Of a DNA stretch of 64,000 nt, positions 1-15,244 are shown piece after piece; positions within the stretch are counted from its first letter, which is position 1, and the number at the start of each line of letters is the position of its first letter. This DNA is from the human T2T-CHM13v2.0 reference genome, Homo sapiens. The position numbers and the translations under genes were made by a program. The notes under the pieces were generated by a model. It was not told the origin of the DNA and did no database searches. It was given only the letters and a program-made list of their open reading frames with translations. The stretch lies in assembly GCF_009914755.1 (NCBI RefSeq), contig NC_060940.1; one strand, given 5' to 3'.

Positions 1-3000
1 TTCGAGTCCATTTTAGGATTTGATTCGAGTCCTTTCGATGATTCCATTCGATTCCACTCGATGATGATTTCATTCCAGTCCATTCGACACTTCCAATCGA
101 TTCCATTTGATGATTCCATTCGAGTCCAATTGATGATTCCATTCAATTCCATTCGATGATGATTCCGTACGATTCCATTCTGTGATGATTCCATGTGATT
201 GCATTCAATGATGATTCCTTTCGATTGCATTCGATTATGATTCATTTCGTGTTCATTCTATGGTTCCACAGGTTTCCATTCGTGTCCATTCCATTATTCC
301 ATTCTATTCCATTTGATGATGATTCCATTCGATTCCATTCATTGGTGATTCCACTCAATTCCATTCAATGATTCCATTCCATTTCTTTCAACAATGATTC
401 CATTAGTTTCTAATCGATGATCCACTTGATTCCATTTGACGACGATTCCATTCTTGTCCATTCGATGATTCCATTTGATTCCATATGATGATGATTCCAT
501 TCGATTCCATACCATGATGATTCCATTCGAGTCCATTCAATGGTGATTCCATTCAATTCCATTCGATGATTCCTTTCGATTCCATTCGATGATGATGGCA
601 TTCGATTCCTTTCAATCATTCCCTTTGATTCCATTCAAAGGTGATTTCATTCAAGTCCATTCGATAATTGCATTCGATTCCATTCTATGATGATTCCATT
701 CGAGTCCATTTGATGATTCCATTCAATTCAAGTCAATGATGATTCCATTCGATTCCATTCGATGATTCCATTGGATTCCATTCGATGATGATTCCATTCA
801 AATCCTTTCGATAATTCAATTCAAGTCCATTCGATGATGATTCCAATCGAATCCATTCAAAGATTCCATTCAGTTCCATTCGATGATTCCCTTAGATTCC
901 ATTCGATGATTCCACTTGATTGCATTTACGATGATTCCATTCGATTCCATGTGATGATTCCATTCAATTCTATTCAATGATGTCTCCATTTGATTCCATT
1001 CGACCATGATTGCCTTTGATTCCATTCAATGATTCCATTCGGTTCCGTTTGATGATGATTCCGTTCGATTCCATTTGATGATTCCATTTGATTCCATTGG
1101 ATGAGTCCATTCGATTACATTCGATGATTATTCCATTCGAGTGCATTAGATGATTCCATTCGAGTCCATTCGATGATTCCATTCGGTTCCATTCGATGTT
1201 GATTCTGTTCAAATCCATTCGATGATTCCACTCGATTCCATTCGTTGACTCCATTTGATCCCATTCGATGATTTCCTTTGATTCCCTTTGATGATCATTC
1301 CATTTGATTCAATTCGGTGATTTCATTCGATTCCATTCAGTGATGTTTCCATTCGACTCCATTCGATGATGATTCCATTCGACTCCATTCGATTATGATT
1401 TCATTCAATTCCATTCGATAATGATTCCCTTCGAGTCCATTCGATGATTCCATTCGATTCCATTCAACGATGTTTTGATTCGTGTCCATTCGATGATTCC
1501 ATTTGATTCCACTTGATGATGATTCCATTCGAGTCCATTTGATGATTCCATTCAATTCCATACTCCGATGATTTCTTTTGAGCCCACTCAATGCTTCCAC
1601 TCGATTCCATATGATGATGACTCCATTCGATGAAATTCGATGATGATTCCATTCGCTTGCTTTCGATGATGATTCCACTTGAGTCCGTTAGAAGATTCTA
1701 TTCAATTACATTCCATGACGATTCCGTTCGAGTCCATTTGATGATTCCATTAGACTCCATTCGACGATGATTCCTTTCGATGTTATTCCATGATTCCATT
1801 CGATATCAATCGATGATGATTCCATTCAACTCCATTCGATGTTTCCATTCGAGTTCATTCTATTATTGCATTAGATTCCATTCGATGATGATTCCATTCG
1901 ATTCCATTTGATGATTGCATTCTGTTTCATTTGATGATGATTCCATTCGAGTCCACTCGATGATTCCATTCGAGTCCATTTAATGAATCCATTGGTTTCA
2001 ATTCTATGATGATTACATTGGATTCCATTCGTTGATGATTTCATTCGGTTCCATTCAATGATGATTCCATTCAATTCCTTTCAATGTTTCCATTCAATTC
2101 CATACGATGATGATTCCATTTGATTTGATTCGACAGTGAGCCATTCGATTCAATTCCATGATGATTCTATTTGATTCAATTGGTTGACATTTCCATTCGA
2201 TTCCATTCGATGATGATTCCCTTTGATTCCGTTCAAAGATGATTCCATTCTAGCCCATTCAATCATTCCATTCGATTCTATTCAATGATGATTCCATTCA
2301 TGTCGATTTGGTGATTCCATTTGACTTCATTTGATGATGATTCCTTTCAAGTTCATTAGATGATTCCATTCGATTCCATTTGATGATGATCCCATTCGAG
2401 TCCATTCAGTGATTCCATTCGTTTCCATTCCATGATGATTCCATTCCTTTCCATTCAATGATTCCATTCGATTCCGTTTGATGATGATTTCATTCGAGTC
2501 CATTTGATGATTCCATTTGATTCCATTCGATGATGATTCCATTCGAGTCCATTCGATGATTCTATTCGAATCCATTTGATGATTTCTTTTGATTATATTT
2601 GGTGATGATTCCATTGGAGTCCATTCAATGATTCCATTCTATTCCAATCGATGATGATTCCATTAGAGTCCATTTAATGATTCCATTTGATTCCAGTCTC
2701 TGATGATTACATTCGAGTCCATACGATGATTCCACTCAATTCCATATGATGATGATTCCATTTGATTCCATTCGGTGATTCCATTCTATTCTATTCAATG
2801 GTGATTCCATTCGAGTACATTAGATGATTCCATTCGATTCCATTCAATGATGATTCTATTTGTGTCCCTTAGATGATTCCACATGATTCCATTAGATGAT
2901 GATACTATTTGAGCCCATCCAATGATTCCCTTCGATTCCATTCGATGAGGATTCCATTCGATTCAATTCATTGGTGATTCTATTCAATTCAATTCTTTGA

Positions 3001-6000
3001 TTCCATTCCATTCCATTCGACAATGATTCCATTCGATTTCTTTCGATGATTCCACTCGATTCCACTTGACATTGATTCCATTCGATTCCATTCAATGATT
3101 CCATTTGATTCCAGTGGATGATGATTGCCATCGATTCCATTCGATCACTCCATTCTATTCCATTTGATGATGATTACATTCGATTCCATTTGATGATTCC
3201 ATCTGATTCTATTCGAGGATTCCATTTGATTCCATTCGATGATGATTCCATTCGAGTCCATTCGATGATTTCATTCGAGTACATCCAATGATTCCATTCG
3301 AGTCCATTAGATGATTCCATTTGATTCCATTTGAAAATGATTCTACTAGAGTCCATTCAATGACTCCATTCGAGTCCATTCAACAATTCCATTCGACTCC
3401 ATTCGATGATTCCATTCGATTCCATTTGATGGTTCCATTCGAGTCCATTTAATCATTACAGTCGAGTCCATTTGGTGATTCCACTGGATTTCTTTTGATA
3501 ATGATACCATTCAATTACATTTGATGATGATCCCATTCAATTTCATTGGATGATGATTCCATTAGAGTCCATTCGATGATTTCATTCGAGTCCCTTCATT
3601 GATTCCATCCGATTTCATTGGATGATGACTCCATTCGAGTCCATTCGATGATTCCACTCGATTCCATTAGATGACTCCATTGGAGTCCATTTGATTGTTC
3701 CATTCGATTCCATTCGATTCCTTTCGAAGATTATTCCATTTGAGTCCATTCGATGATGATTCCATTCCATTCCATTCGATGATTCCGTTTGATTCCATTC
3801 GATGATTCCCTTCGATTCCTTTCTTTGATGATTCCATTCCATTCCATTCAATGATTCCATTCGAATCTATTCCATGATGATTCCTTTCGATTCCATTCGC
3901 TGATGTTTCCGTTCAATTCCATTCGATGATGATTCCATTCGATTCCATTCATTGAGGATTCCATTTGATTCCATTCAATGATGATTCCATTCTATTCCAT
4001 TCAATGATTGCATTCAATTCCATTCAATGATTATCCCCTTAGAGTAAACTCAACGATTCCATTCAATACCATTCGATGATGATTCCTTTTGAGTCCATTC
4101 AATGATTTCATTCAAGTCCATTTGATGATTCCTTTCAATTCCATTCTATGATGATTCCATTCGAGTCCATTCGATGATTCCATTCGATTGCATTCGATGA
4201 TTCCATTATATTCCATTCAACGGTGATTCCATTCGAGTCCATTCCATGATTCCATTAGAGTACATTTAATGATTGCTTTGTTTTCAATTCGAAGATGATT
4301 ACATTGGATTCCATTCTATGATACCATTCGATTCCATTCAATGATGATTCCACTCAAATCCATTGGATGATTCCATTCGTGTCCATTCGGTGATTTCATT
4401 AGATTCCATTCGAGGATGATTCCATTCGATTCCATTCGATGATTCCATTCAATTCCATTCGATGATGATTCCATTCCAGTCCATATGATCATTCCATTTG
4501 ATTTCATTCGATGATGATTCCATTCGATTCCATTCGACGATTCCATTCTATTCCATTCGATGATGATTCCATTCGAGTCCATTCGATGATTCCATTCGAG
4601 TCCATTTAATGATTCCATTGGGTTCAATTCAATGATGATTACATTGGATTCCGTTCTATGATTCCATTCAATTCCGTTCATTGACAATTTGATTCCATTC
4701 GATGATGATTCCATTTGAGTTCATTCGATGATTCTATTCGATTCTCTTCGATGGTGATTCAATTCTATTATATTGGATGATTCCATTCGATTCCATTTGA
4801 TGTTGATTCAATTCGATTCTATTCGATGATGATTCCATTGGATTTCACTTGATGATTCTATTCGATTCCATTCAATGATGATTCACTTCTCGTCCATTGG
4901 ATGATTCCATTTCATTCCATTCGATGATGATTCCATTCGATTCCATTCGATGATTCCATTTGATTCCATGCGACGGTGAGCAATTCGATTCAATTCCATG
5001 ATGATTCTATTTGATTCAATTAGATGATGTTTCCATTCGAATCCATTCCATGATTATTCCATTGGAATCCATTCGGCGATGATTCCATATGAGTCAATTC
5101 AATGATGATTCCATATGGGTCCGTTCGATGATAATTCCATTTGATTTCATTCGATGCTTCTATTCTATTCCAGTCGATGATGATTCCGTTGGAGTCCATA
5201 CGATGATTCCATTTGATTTCATTTGATGATGATTCCATTCGATGATGATTACATTGGATTCCATTCTATGATTCCATTCAATTCCATTCGTTGATGATTC
5301 GATTCCATTCAATGATGATTCCATTTGAGTTCATTCGATGATTCTATTCGATTCCGTTCGATGGTGATTCAATTCTATTATATTGGATGATTCCACTCGA
5401 TTCCATTTGATGATTATTCCATTGGAGTCCACTTAGTGAATCCTTTAGATTCTACTCGACGATGATTCCATTCGAGTCCATTCGATGATACCATTCAATT
5501 CCATTCGTTGATGCTTCCATTCAAGTGCATTCGATGATATCATTCGATTCCATTTGATGATAATTCCATTTGATTCCATGCGGTGATTCTATTCGATTCC
5601 ATTCAATGATAATTCCATTCAATTCAGTGATTCCTCTGGACTCCATTTGATGATGATTCCATTCAATGATTCCATTCGATTCTATTCGAAAATGATTCCA
5701 TTTGAATCCATTTGATGATGATTCCATTAGATTCCATTTGATGATTCCATTCGATTCCATTCGACGATGATTCCATTCGATTCCGTTTGATGATTCCATT
5801 CTATTCTATTCGATGATGATTCCATTCGATTCCATTCGATGATGATTGGATTCGATTCCATTTGATGATTTCATTTGATTCCATTCGTTAATGATTTCGA
5901 TCAATTCCATTCGATGATTCCATTCGATTCCATTCGATAATGATTACATCCGAGTCCATTCGATGATTCCCTTTGAGCCTGTTCGATAATTCCATTTGAG

Positions 6001-6112
6001 TCCAACCAATGATTCCATTCATTTCCATTCAATGATTCCATTCGAGTCCATTTGATCATTCCGGTAGGGTCCATTCGATGTTGATTCCATTGGAGTGCAT
6101 TCGATGATTCCA
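1..6112 (+). repeat. HSat2 unit 1 (6,112 bp, canonical length; phase set arbitrarily at the window start)
   Basis: The marker TTCGAGTCCATTTTAGGA at 1 recurs at 6113. Confidence 0.95.
5012..5022 (-). promoter_or_regulatory. Candidate DUX4-binding site TAATTGAATCA, one per unit (also at 11320, 17627, 23739, 32255, 38367, 44479, 50591, 56703, 62815)
   Basis: Seen: TGATTCAATTA on + equals TAATTGAATCA on -, which fits the DUX4 consensus TAAYBBAATCA and is intact in all 10 units. Knowledge: DUX4 binds HSATII and induces its transcription. Occupancy of this particular site is inference. Confidence 0.5.
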
Positions 6113-8885
6113 TTCGAGTCCATTTTAGGATTTGATTCGAGTCCTTTCGATGATTCCATTCGATTCCACTCGATGATGATTTCATTCGAGTCCATTCGAC
6201 ACTTCCAATCGATTCCATTTGATGATTCCATTCGAGTCCAATTGATGATTCCATTCAATTCCATTCGATGATGATTCCGTACAATTCCATTCTGTGATGA
6301 TTCCATGTGATTGCATTCAATGATGATTCCTTTCGATTGCATTCGATTATGATTCATTTCGTGTTCATTCTATGGTTCCACAGGTTTCCATTCGTGTCCA
6401 TTCCATTATTCCATTCTATTCCATTTGATGATGATTCCATTCGATTCCATTCATTGGTGATTCCACTCAATTCCATTCAATGATTCCATTCCATTTCTTT
6501 CAACAATGATTCCATTAGTTTCTAATCGATGATCCACTTGATTCCATTTGACGACGATTCCATTCTTGTCCATTCGATGATTCCATTTGATTCCATATGA
6601 TGATGATTCCATTCGATTCCATACCATGATGATTCCATTCGAGTCCATTCAATGGTGATTCCATTCAATTCCATTCGATGATTCCTTTCGATTCCATTCG
6701 ATGATGATGGCATTCGATTCCTTTCAATCATTCCCTTTGATTCCATTCCGAGGTGATTTCATTCAAGTCCATTCGATAATTGCATTCGATTCCATTCTAT
6801 GATGATTCCATTCGAGTCCATTTGATGATTCCATTCAATTCAAGTCAATGATGATTCCATTCGATTCCATTCGATGATTCCATTGGATTCCATTCGATGA
6901 TGATTCCATTCAAATCCATTCGATAATTCAATTCAAGTCCATTCGATGATGATTCCAATCGAATCCATTCAAAGATTCCATTCAGTTCCATTCGATGATT
7001 CCCTTAGATTCCATTCGATGATTCCACTTGATTGCATTTACGATGATTCCATTCGATTCCATGTGATGATTCCATTCAATTCTATTCAATGATGTCTCCA
7101 TTTGATTCCATTCGACCATGATTGCCTTTGATTCCATTCAATGATTCCATTCGGTTCCGTTTGATGATGATTCCGTTCGATTCCATTTGATGATTCCATT
7201 TGATTCCATTGGATGAGTCCATTCGATTACATTCGATGATTATTCCATTCGAGTGCATTAGATGATTCCATTCGAGTCCATTCGATGATTCCATTCGATT
7301 CCATTCGATGTTGATTCTGTTCAAATCCATTCGATGATTCCACTCGATTCCATTCGTTGACTCCATTTGATCCCATTCGATGATTTCCTTTGATTCCCTT
7401 TGATGATCATTCCATTTGATTCAATTCGGTGATTTCATTTGATTCCATTCAGTGATGTTTCCATTCGACTCCATTCGATGATGATTCCATTCGACTCCAT
7501 TCGATTATGATTTCATTCAATTCCATTCGATAATGATTCCCTTCGAGTCCATTCGATGATTCCATTCGATTCCATTCAACGATGATTTGATTCGTGTCCA
7601 TTCGATGATTCCATTTGATTCCACTTGATGATGATTCCATTCGAGTCCATTTGATGATTCCATTCAATTCCATACTCCGATGATTTCTTTTGAGCCCACT
7701 CAATGCTTCCACTCGATTCCATATGATGATGACTCCATTCGATGAAATTCGATGATGATTCCATTCGCTTGCTTTCGATGATGATTCCACTTGAGTCCGT
7801 TAGAAGATTCTATTCAACTACATTCCAGGACGATTCCGTTCGAGTCCATTTGATGATTCCATTAGACTCCATTCGACGATGATTCCATTCGATGTTATTC
7901 GATGATTCCATTCGATCTCATTCGATGATGATTCCATTCAACTCCATTCGATGTTTCCATTCGAGTTCATTCTATTATTCCATTAGATTCCATTCGATGA
8001 TGATTCCATTCGATTCCATTTGATGATTGCATTCTATTTCATTTGATGATGATTCCATTCGAGTCCACTCGATGATTCCATTCGAGTCCATTTAATGAAT
8101 CCATTGGTTTCAATTCTATGATGATTACATTGGATTCCATTCGTTGATGATTTCATTCGGTTCCATTCAATGATGATTCCATTCAATTCCTTTCAATGTT
8201 TCCATTCAATTCCATACGATGATGATTCCATTTGATTTGATTCGACAGTGAGCCATTCGATTCAATTCCATGATGATTCTATTTGATTCAATTGGTTGAC
8301 ATTTCCATTCGATTCCATTCGATGATGATTCCCTTTGATTCCGTTCAAAGATGATTCCATTCTAGCCCATTCAATCATTCCATTCGATTCTATTCAATGA
8401 TGATTCCATTCATGTCGATTTGGTGATTCCATTTGACTTCATTTGATGATGATTCCTTTCAAGTTCATTAGATGATTCCATTCGATTCCATTTGATGATG
8501 ATCCCATTCGAGTCCATTCAGTGATTCCATTCGTTTCCATTCCATGATGATTCCATTCCTTTCCATTCAATGATTCCATTCGATTCCGTTTGATGATGAT
8601 TTCATTCGAGTCCATTTGATGATTCCATTTGATTCCATTCGATGATGATTCCATTCGAGTCCATTCGATGATTCTATTCGAATCCATTTGATGATTTCTT
8701 TTCATTATATTTGGTGATGATTCCATTGGAGTCCATTCAATGATTCCATTCTATTCCAATCGATGATGATTCCATTAGAGTCCATTTAATGATTCCATTT
8801 GATTCCAGTCTCTGATGATTACATTCGAGTCCATACGATGATTCCACTCAATTCCATATGATGATGATTCCATTTGATTCCATTC

Positions 8886-8937
8886 GGTGATTCCATTCTA
8901 TTCTAATCAATGGTGATTCCATTCTATTCTATTCAAT
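8886..8937 (+). repeat. 26-bp tandem duplication (unit 2)
   Basis: GGTGATTCCATTCTATTCTAATCAAT is followed by GGTGATTCCATTCTATTCTATTCAAT. Canonical units have one copy (for example 2774-2799). Confidence 0.92.
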
Positions 8938-10105
8938 GGTGATTCCATTCGAGTACATTAGATGATTCCATTCGATTCCATTCAATGATGATTCTATTTG
9001 TGTCCCTTAGATGATTCCACATGATTCCATTAGATGATGATACTATTTGAGCCCATCCAATGATTCCCTTCGATTCCATTCGATGAGGATTCCATTCGAT
9101 TCAATTCATTGGTGATTCTATTCAATTCAATTCTTTGATTCCATTCCATTCCATTCGACAATGATTCCATTCGATTTCTTTCGATGATTCCACTCGATTC
9201 CACTTGACATTGATTCCATTCGATTCCATTCAATGATTCCATTTGATTCCAGTGGATGATGATTGCCATCGATTCCATTCGATCACTCCATTCTATTCCA
9301 TTTGATGATGATTACATTCGATTCCATTTGATGATTCCATCTGATTCTATTCGAGGATTCCATTTGATTCCATTCGATGATGATTCCATTCGAGTCCATT
9401 CGATGATTTCATTCGAGTACATCCAATGATTCCATTCGAGTCCATTAGATGATTCCATTTGATTCCATTTGAAAATGATTCTACTAGAGTCCATTCAATG
9501 ACTCCATTCGAGTCCATTCAACAATTCCATTCGACTCCATTCGATGATTCCATTCGATTCCATTTGATGGTTCCATTCGCGTCCATTTAATCATTACAGT
9601 CGAGTCCGTTTGGTGATTCCACTGGATTTCTTTTGATAATGATACCATTCAATTACATTTGATGATGATCCCATTCAATTTCATTTGATGATGATTCCAT
9701 TAGAGTCCATTCGATGATTTCATTCGAGTCCCTTCATTGATTCCATCCGATTTCATTGGATGATGACTCCATTCGAGTCCATTCGATGATTCCACTCGAT
9801 TCCATTAGATGACTCCATTGGAGTCCATTTGATTGTTCCATTCGATTCCATTCGATTCCTTTCGAAGATTATTCCATTTGAGTCCATTCGATGATGATTC
9901 CATTCTATTCCATTCGATGATTCCGTTTGATTCCATTCGATGATTCCCTTCGATTCCTTTCTTTGATGATTCCATTCCATTCCATTCAATGATTCCATTC
10001 GAATCTATTCCATGATGATTCCTTTCGATTCCATTCGCTGATGTTTCCGTTCAATTCCATTCGATGATGATTCCATTCGATTCCATTCATTGAGGATTCC
10101 ATTTG

Positions 10106-10445
10106 ATTCCATTCAATGATGATTCCATTGTATTCCATTCAATGATTGCATTCAATTCCATTCAATGATTATCCCATTAGGGTAAACTCAACGATTCCAT
10201 TCAATACCATTCGATGATGATTCCTTTTGAGTCCATTCAATGATTTCATTCAAGTCCATTTGATGATTTCTTTCAATTCCATTCAATGATGATTCCATTC
10301 TATTCCATTCAATGATTGCATTCAATTCCATTCAATGATTATCCCATTAGAGTAAACTCAACGATTCCATTCAATACCATTCGATGATGATTCCTTTTGA
10401 GTCCATTCAATGATTTCATTCAAGTCCATTTGATGATTCCTTTCA
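10106..10445 (+). repeat. 170-bp tandem duplication (unit 2)
   Basis: The landmark ATTATCCCATTAG(A/G)GTAAACTCAACG occurs twice, 170 bp apart. Copies are 10106-10275 and 10276-10445. Confidence 0.92.
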
Positions 10446-13400
10446 ATTCCATTCTATGATGATTCCATTCGAGTCCATTCGATGATTCCATTCGATTGCA
10501 TTCGATGATTCCATTATATTCCATTCAACGGTGATTCCATTCGAGTCCATTCCATGATTCCATTAGAGTACATTTAATGATTGCTTTGTTTTCAATTCGA
10601 AGATGATTACATTGGATTCCATTCTATGATACCATTCGATTCCATTCAATGATGATTCCACTCAAATCCATTGGATGATTCCATTCGTGTCCATTCGGTG
10701 ATTTCATTAGATTCCATTCGAGGATGATTCCATTCGATTCCATTCGATGATTCCATTCAATTCCATTCGTTGATGATTCCATTCCAGTCCATATGATCAT
10801 TCCATTTGATTTCATTCGATGATGATTCCATTCGATTCCATTCGATGATTCCATTCTATTCCATTCGATGATGATTCCATTCGAGTCCATTCGATGATTC
10901 CATTCGAGTCCATTTAATGATTCCATTGGGTTCAATTCAATGATGATTACATTGGATTCCGTTCTATGATTCCATTCAATTCCGTTCATTGACAATTTGA
11001 TTCCATTCGATGATGATTCCATTTGAGTTCATTCGATGATTCTATTCGATTCTCTTCGATGGTGATTCAATTCTATTATATTGGATGATTCCATTCGATT
11101 CCATTTGATGTTGATTCAATTCGATTCTATTCGATGATGATTCCATTGGATTTCACTTGATGATTCTATTCGATTCCATTCAATGATGATTCACTTCTCG
11201 TCCATTGGATGATTCCATTTCATTCCATTCGATGATGATTCCATTCGATTCCATTCGATGATTCCATTTGATTCCATGCGACGGTGAGCAATTCGATTCA
11301 ATTCCATGATGATTCTATTTGATTCAATTAGATGATGTTTCCATTCGAATCCATTCCATGATTATTCCATTGGAATCCATTCGGCGATGATTCCATATGA
11401 GTCAATTCAATGATGATTCCATATGGGTCCGTTCGATGATAATTCCATTTGATTTCATTCGATGCTTCTATTCTATTCCAGTCGATGATGATTCCGTTGG
11501 AGTCCATACGATGATTCCATTTGATTTCATTTGATGATGATTCCATTCGATGACGATTACATTGGATTCCATTCTATGATTCCATTCAATTCCATTCGTT
11601 GATGATTCGATTCCATTCAATGATGATTCCATTTGAGTTCATTCGATGATTCTATTCGATTCCGTTCGATGGTGATTCAATTCTATTATATTGGATGATT
11701 CCACTCGATTCCATTTGATGATTATTCCATTGGAGTCCACTTAGTGAATCCTTTAGATTCTACTCGACGATGATTCCATTCGAGTCCATTCGATGATACC
11801 ATTCAATTCCATTCGTTGATGCTTCCATTCAAGTGCATTCGATGATATCATTCGATTCCATTTGATGATAATTCCATTTGATTCCATGCGATGATTCTAT
11901 TCGATTCCATTCAATGATAATTCCATTCAATTCAGTGATTCCTCTGGACTCCATTTGATGATGATTCCATTCAATGATTCCATTCGATTCTATTCGAAAA
12001 TGATTCCATTTGAATCCATTTGATGATGATTCCATTAGATTCCATTTGATGATTCCATTCGATTCCATTCGACGATGATTCCATTCGATTCCGTTTGATG
12101 ATTCCATTCTATTCTATTCGATGATGATTCCATTCGATTCCATTCGATGATGATTGGATTCGATTCCATTGGATGATTTCATTTGATTCCATTCGTTAAT
12201 GATTTCGATCAATTCCATTCGATGATTCCATTCGATTCCATTCGATAATGATTACATCCGAGTCCATTCGATGATTCCCTTTGAGCCTGTTCGATAATTC
12301 CATTTGAGTCCAACAATGATTCCATTCATTTCCATTCAATGATTCCATTCGAGTCCATTTGATCATTCCGGTAGGGTCCATTCGATGTTGATTCCATTGG
12401 AGTGCATTCGATGATTCCATTCGAGTCCATTTTAGGACTTGATTCGAGTCCTTTCGATGATTCCATTCGATTCCACTCGATGATGATTTCATTCGAGTCC
12501 ATTCGACACTTCCAATCGATTCCATTTGATGATTCCATTCGAGTCCAATTGATGATTCCATTCAATTCCATTCGATGATGATTCCGTACGATTCCATTCT
12601 GTGATGATTCCATGTGATTGCATTCAATGATGATTCCTTTCGATTGCATTCGATTATGATTCATTTCGTGTTCATTCTATGGTTCCACAGGTTTCCATTC
12701 GTGTCCATTCCATTATTCCATTCTATTCCATTTGATGATGATTCCATTCGATTCCATTCATTGGTGATTCCACTCAATTCCATTCAATGATTCCATTCCA
12801 TTTCTTTCAACAATGATTCCATTAGTTTCTAATCGATGATCCACTTGATTCCATTTGACGACGATTCCATTCTTGTCCATTCGATGATTCCATTTGATTC
12901 CATATGATGATGATTCCATTCGATTCCATACCATGATGATTCCATTCGAGTCCATTCAATGGTGATTCCATTCAATTCCATTCGATGATTCCTTTCGATT
13001 CCATTCGATGATGATGGCATTCGATTCCTTTCAATCATTCCCTTTGATTCCATTCAAAGGTGATTTCATTCAAGTCCATTCGATAATTGCATTCGATTCC
13101 ATTCTATGATGATTCCATTCGAATCCATTTGATGATTCCATTCAATTCAAGTCAATGATGATTCCATTCGATTCCATTCGATGATTCCATTGGATTCCAT
13201 TCGATGATGATTCCATTCAAATCCTTTCGATAATTCAATTCAAGTCCATTCGATGATGATTCCAATCGAATCCATTCAAAGATTCCATTCAGTTCCATTC
13301 GATGATTCCCTTAGATTCCATTCGATGATTCCACTTGATTGCATTTACGATGATTCCATTCGATTCCATGTGATGATTCCATTCAATTCTATTCAATGAT

Positions 13401-15192
13401 GTCTCCATTTGATTCCATTCGACCATGATTGCCTTTGATTCCATTCAATGATTCCATTCGGTTCCGTTTGATGATGATTCCGTTCGATTCCATTTGATGA
13501 TTCCATTTGATTCCATTGGATGGGTCCATTCGATTACATTCGATGATTATTCCATTCGAGTGCATTAGATGATTCCATTCGAGTCCATTCGATGATTCCA
13601 TTCGATTCCATTCGATGTTGATTCTGTTCAAATCCATTCGATGATTCCACTCGATTCCATTCGTTGACTCCATTTGATCCCATTCGATGATTTCCTTTGA
13701 TTCCCTTTGATGATCATTCCATTTGATTCAATTCGGTGATTTCATTTGATTCCATTCAGTGATGTTTCCATTCGACTCCATTCGATGATGATTCCATTCG
13801 ACTCCATTCGATTATGATTTCATTCAATTCCATTCGATAATGATTCCCTTCGAGTCCATTCGATGATTCCATTCGATTCCATTCAACGATGTTTTGATTC
13901 GTGTCCATTCGATGATTCCATTTGATTCCACTTGATGATGATTCCATTCGAGTCCATTTGATGATTCCATTCAATTCCATACTCCGATGATTTCTTTTGA
14001 GCCCACTCAATGCTTCTACTCGATTCCATATGATGATGACTCCATTCGATGAAATTCGATGATGATTCCATTCGCTTGCTTTCGATGATGATTCCACTTG
14101 AGTCCGTTAGAAGATTCTATTCAATTACATTCCATGACGATTCCGTTCGAGTCCATTTGATGATTCCATTAGACTCCATTCGACGATGATTCCATTCGAT
14201 GTTATTCCATGATTCCATTCGATATCAATCGATGATGATTCCATTCAACTCCATTCGATGTTTCCATTCGAGTTCATTCTATTATTGCATTAGATTCCAT
14301 TCGATGATGATTCCATTCGATTCCATTTGATGATTGCATTCTATTTCATTTGATGATGATTCCATTCGAGTCCACTCGATGATTCCATTCGAGTCCATTT
14401 AATGAATCCATTGGTTTCAATTCTATGATGATTACATTGGATTCCATTCGTTGATGATTTCATTCGGTTCCATTCAATGATGATTCCATTCAATTCCTTT
14501 CAATGTTTCCATTCAATTCCATACGATGATGATTCCATTTGATTTGATTCGACAGTGAGCCATTCGATTCAATTCCATGATGATTCTATTTGATTCAATT
14601 GGTTGACATTTCCATTCGATTCCATTCGATGATGATTCCCTTTGATTCCGTTCAAAGATGATTCCATTCTAGCCCATTCAATCATTCCATTCGATTCTAT
14701 TCAATGATGATTCCATTCATGTCGATTTGGTGATTCCATTTGACTTCATTTGATGATGATTCCTTTCAAGTTCATTAGATGATTCCATTCGATTCCATTT
14801 GATGATGATCCCATTCGAGTCCATTCAGTGATTCCATTCGTTTCCATTCCATGATGATTCCATTCCTTTCCATTCAATGATTCCATTCGATTCCGTTTGA
14901 TGATGATTTCATTCGAGTCCATTTGATGATTCCATTTGATTCCATTCGATGATGATTCCATTCGAGTCCATTCGATGATTCTATTCGAATCCATTTGATG
15001 ATTTCTTTTGATTATATTTGGTGATGATTCCATTGGAGTCCATTCAATGATTCCATTCGATTCCAATCGATGATGATTCCATTAGAGTCCATTTAATGAT
15101 TCCATTTGATTCCAGTCTCTGATGATTACATTCGAGTCCATACGATGATTCCACTCAATTCCATATGATGATGATTCCATTTGATTCCATTC

Positions 15193-15244
15193 GGTGATTC
15201 CATTCTATTCTAATCAATGGTGATTCCATTCTATTCTATTCAAT
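15193..15244 (+). repeat. 26-bp tandem duplication (unit 3)
   Basis: Identical to 8886-8937, including the T>A change in the first copy. Confidence 0.92.

Larger units (their letters stand above)
6113..12419 (+). repeat. HSat2 unit 2 (6,307 bp = 6,112 + 26 + 170 - 1)
   Basis: The next marker is at 12420. The unit contains a 26-bp duplication, a 170-bp duplication and a 1-bp deletion near 12314, which account exactly for the length. Confidence 0.95.

Noticed and set aside
262-275. Splice-acceptor-like TTCCACAG|GT once per unit
   Set aside because: The + strand is pyrimidine-rich by composition and there is no supportable exon, donor partner or transcript evidence.
12310-12318. 1-bp deletion (CCAACAAT versus CCAACCAAT) in unit 2
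   Set aside because: It is a singleton loss in a CC dinucleotide that may be a sequencing error or a trivial mutation, and it only shifts spurious ORFs.
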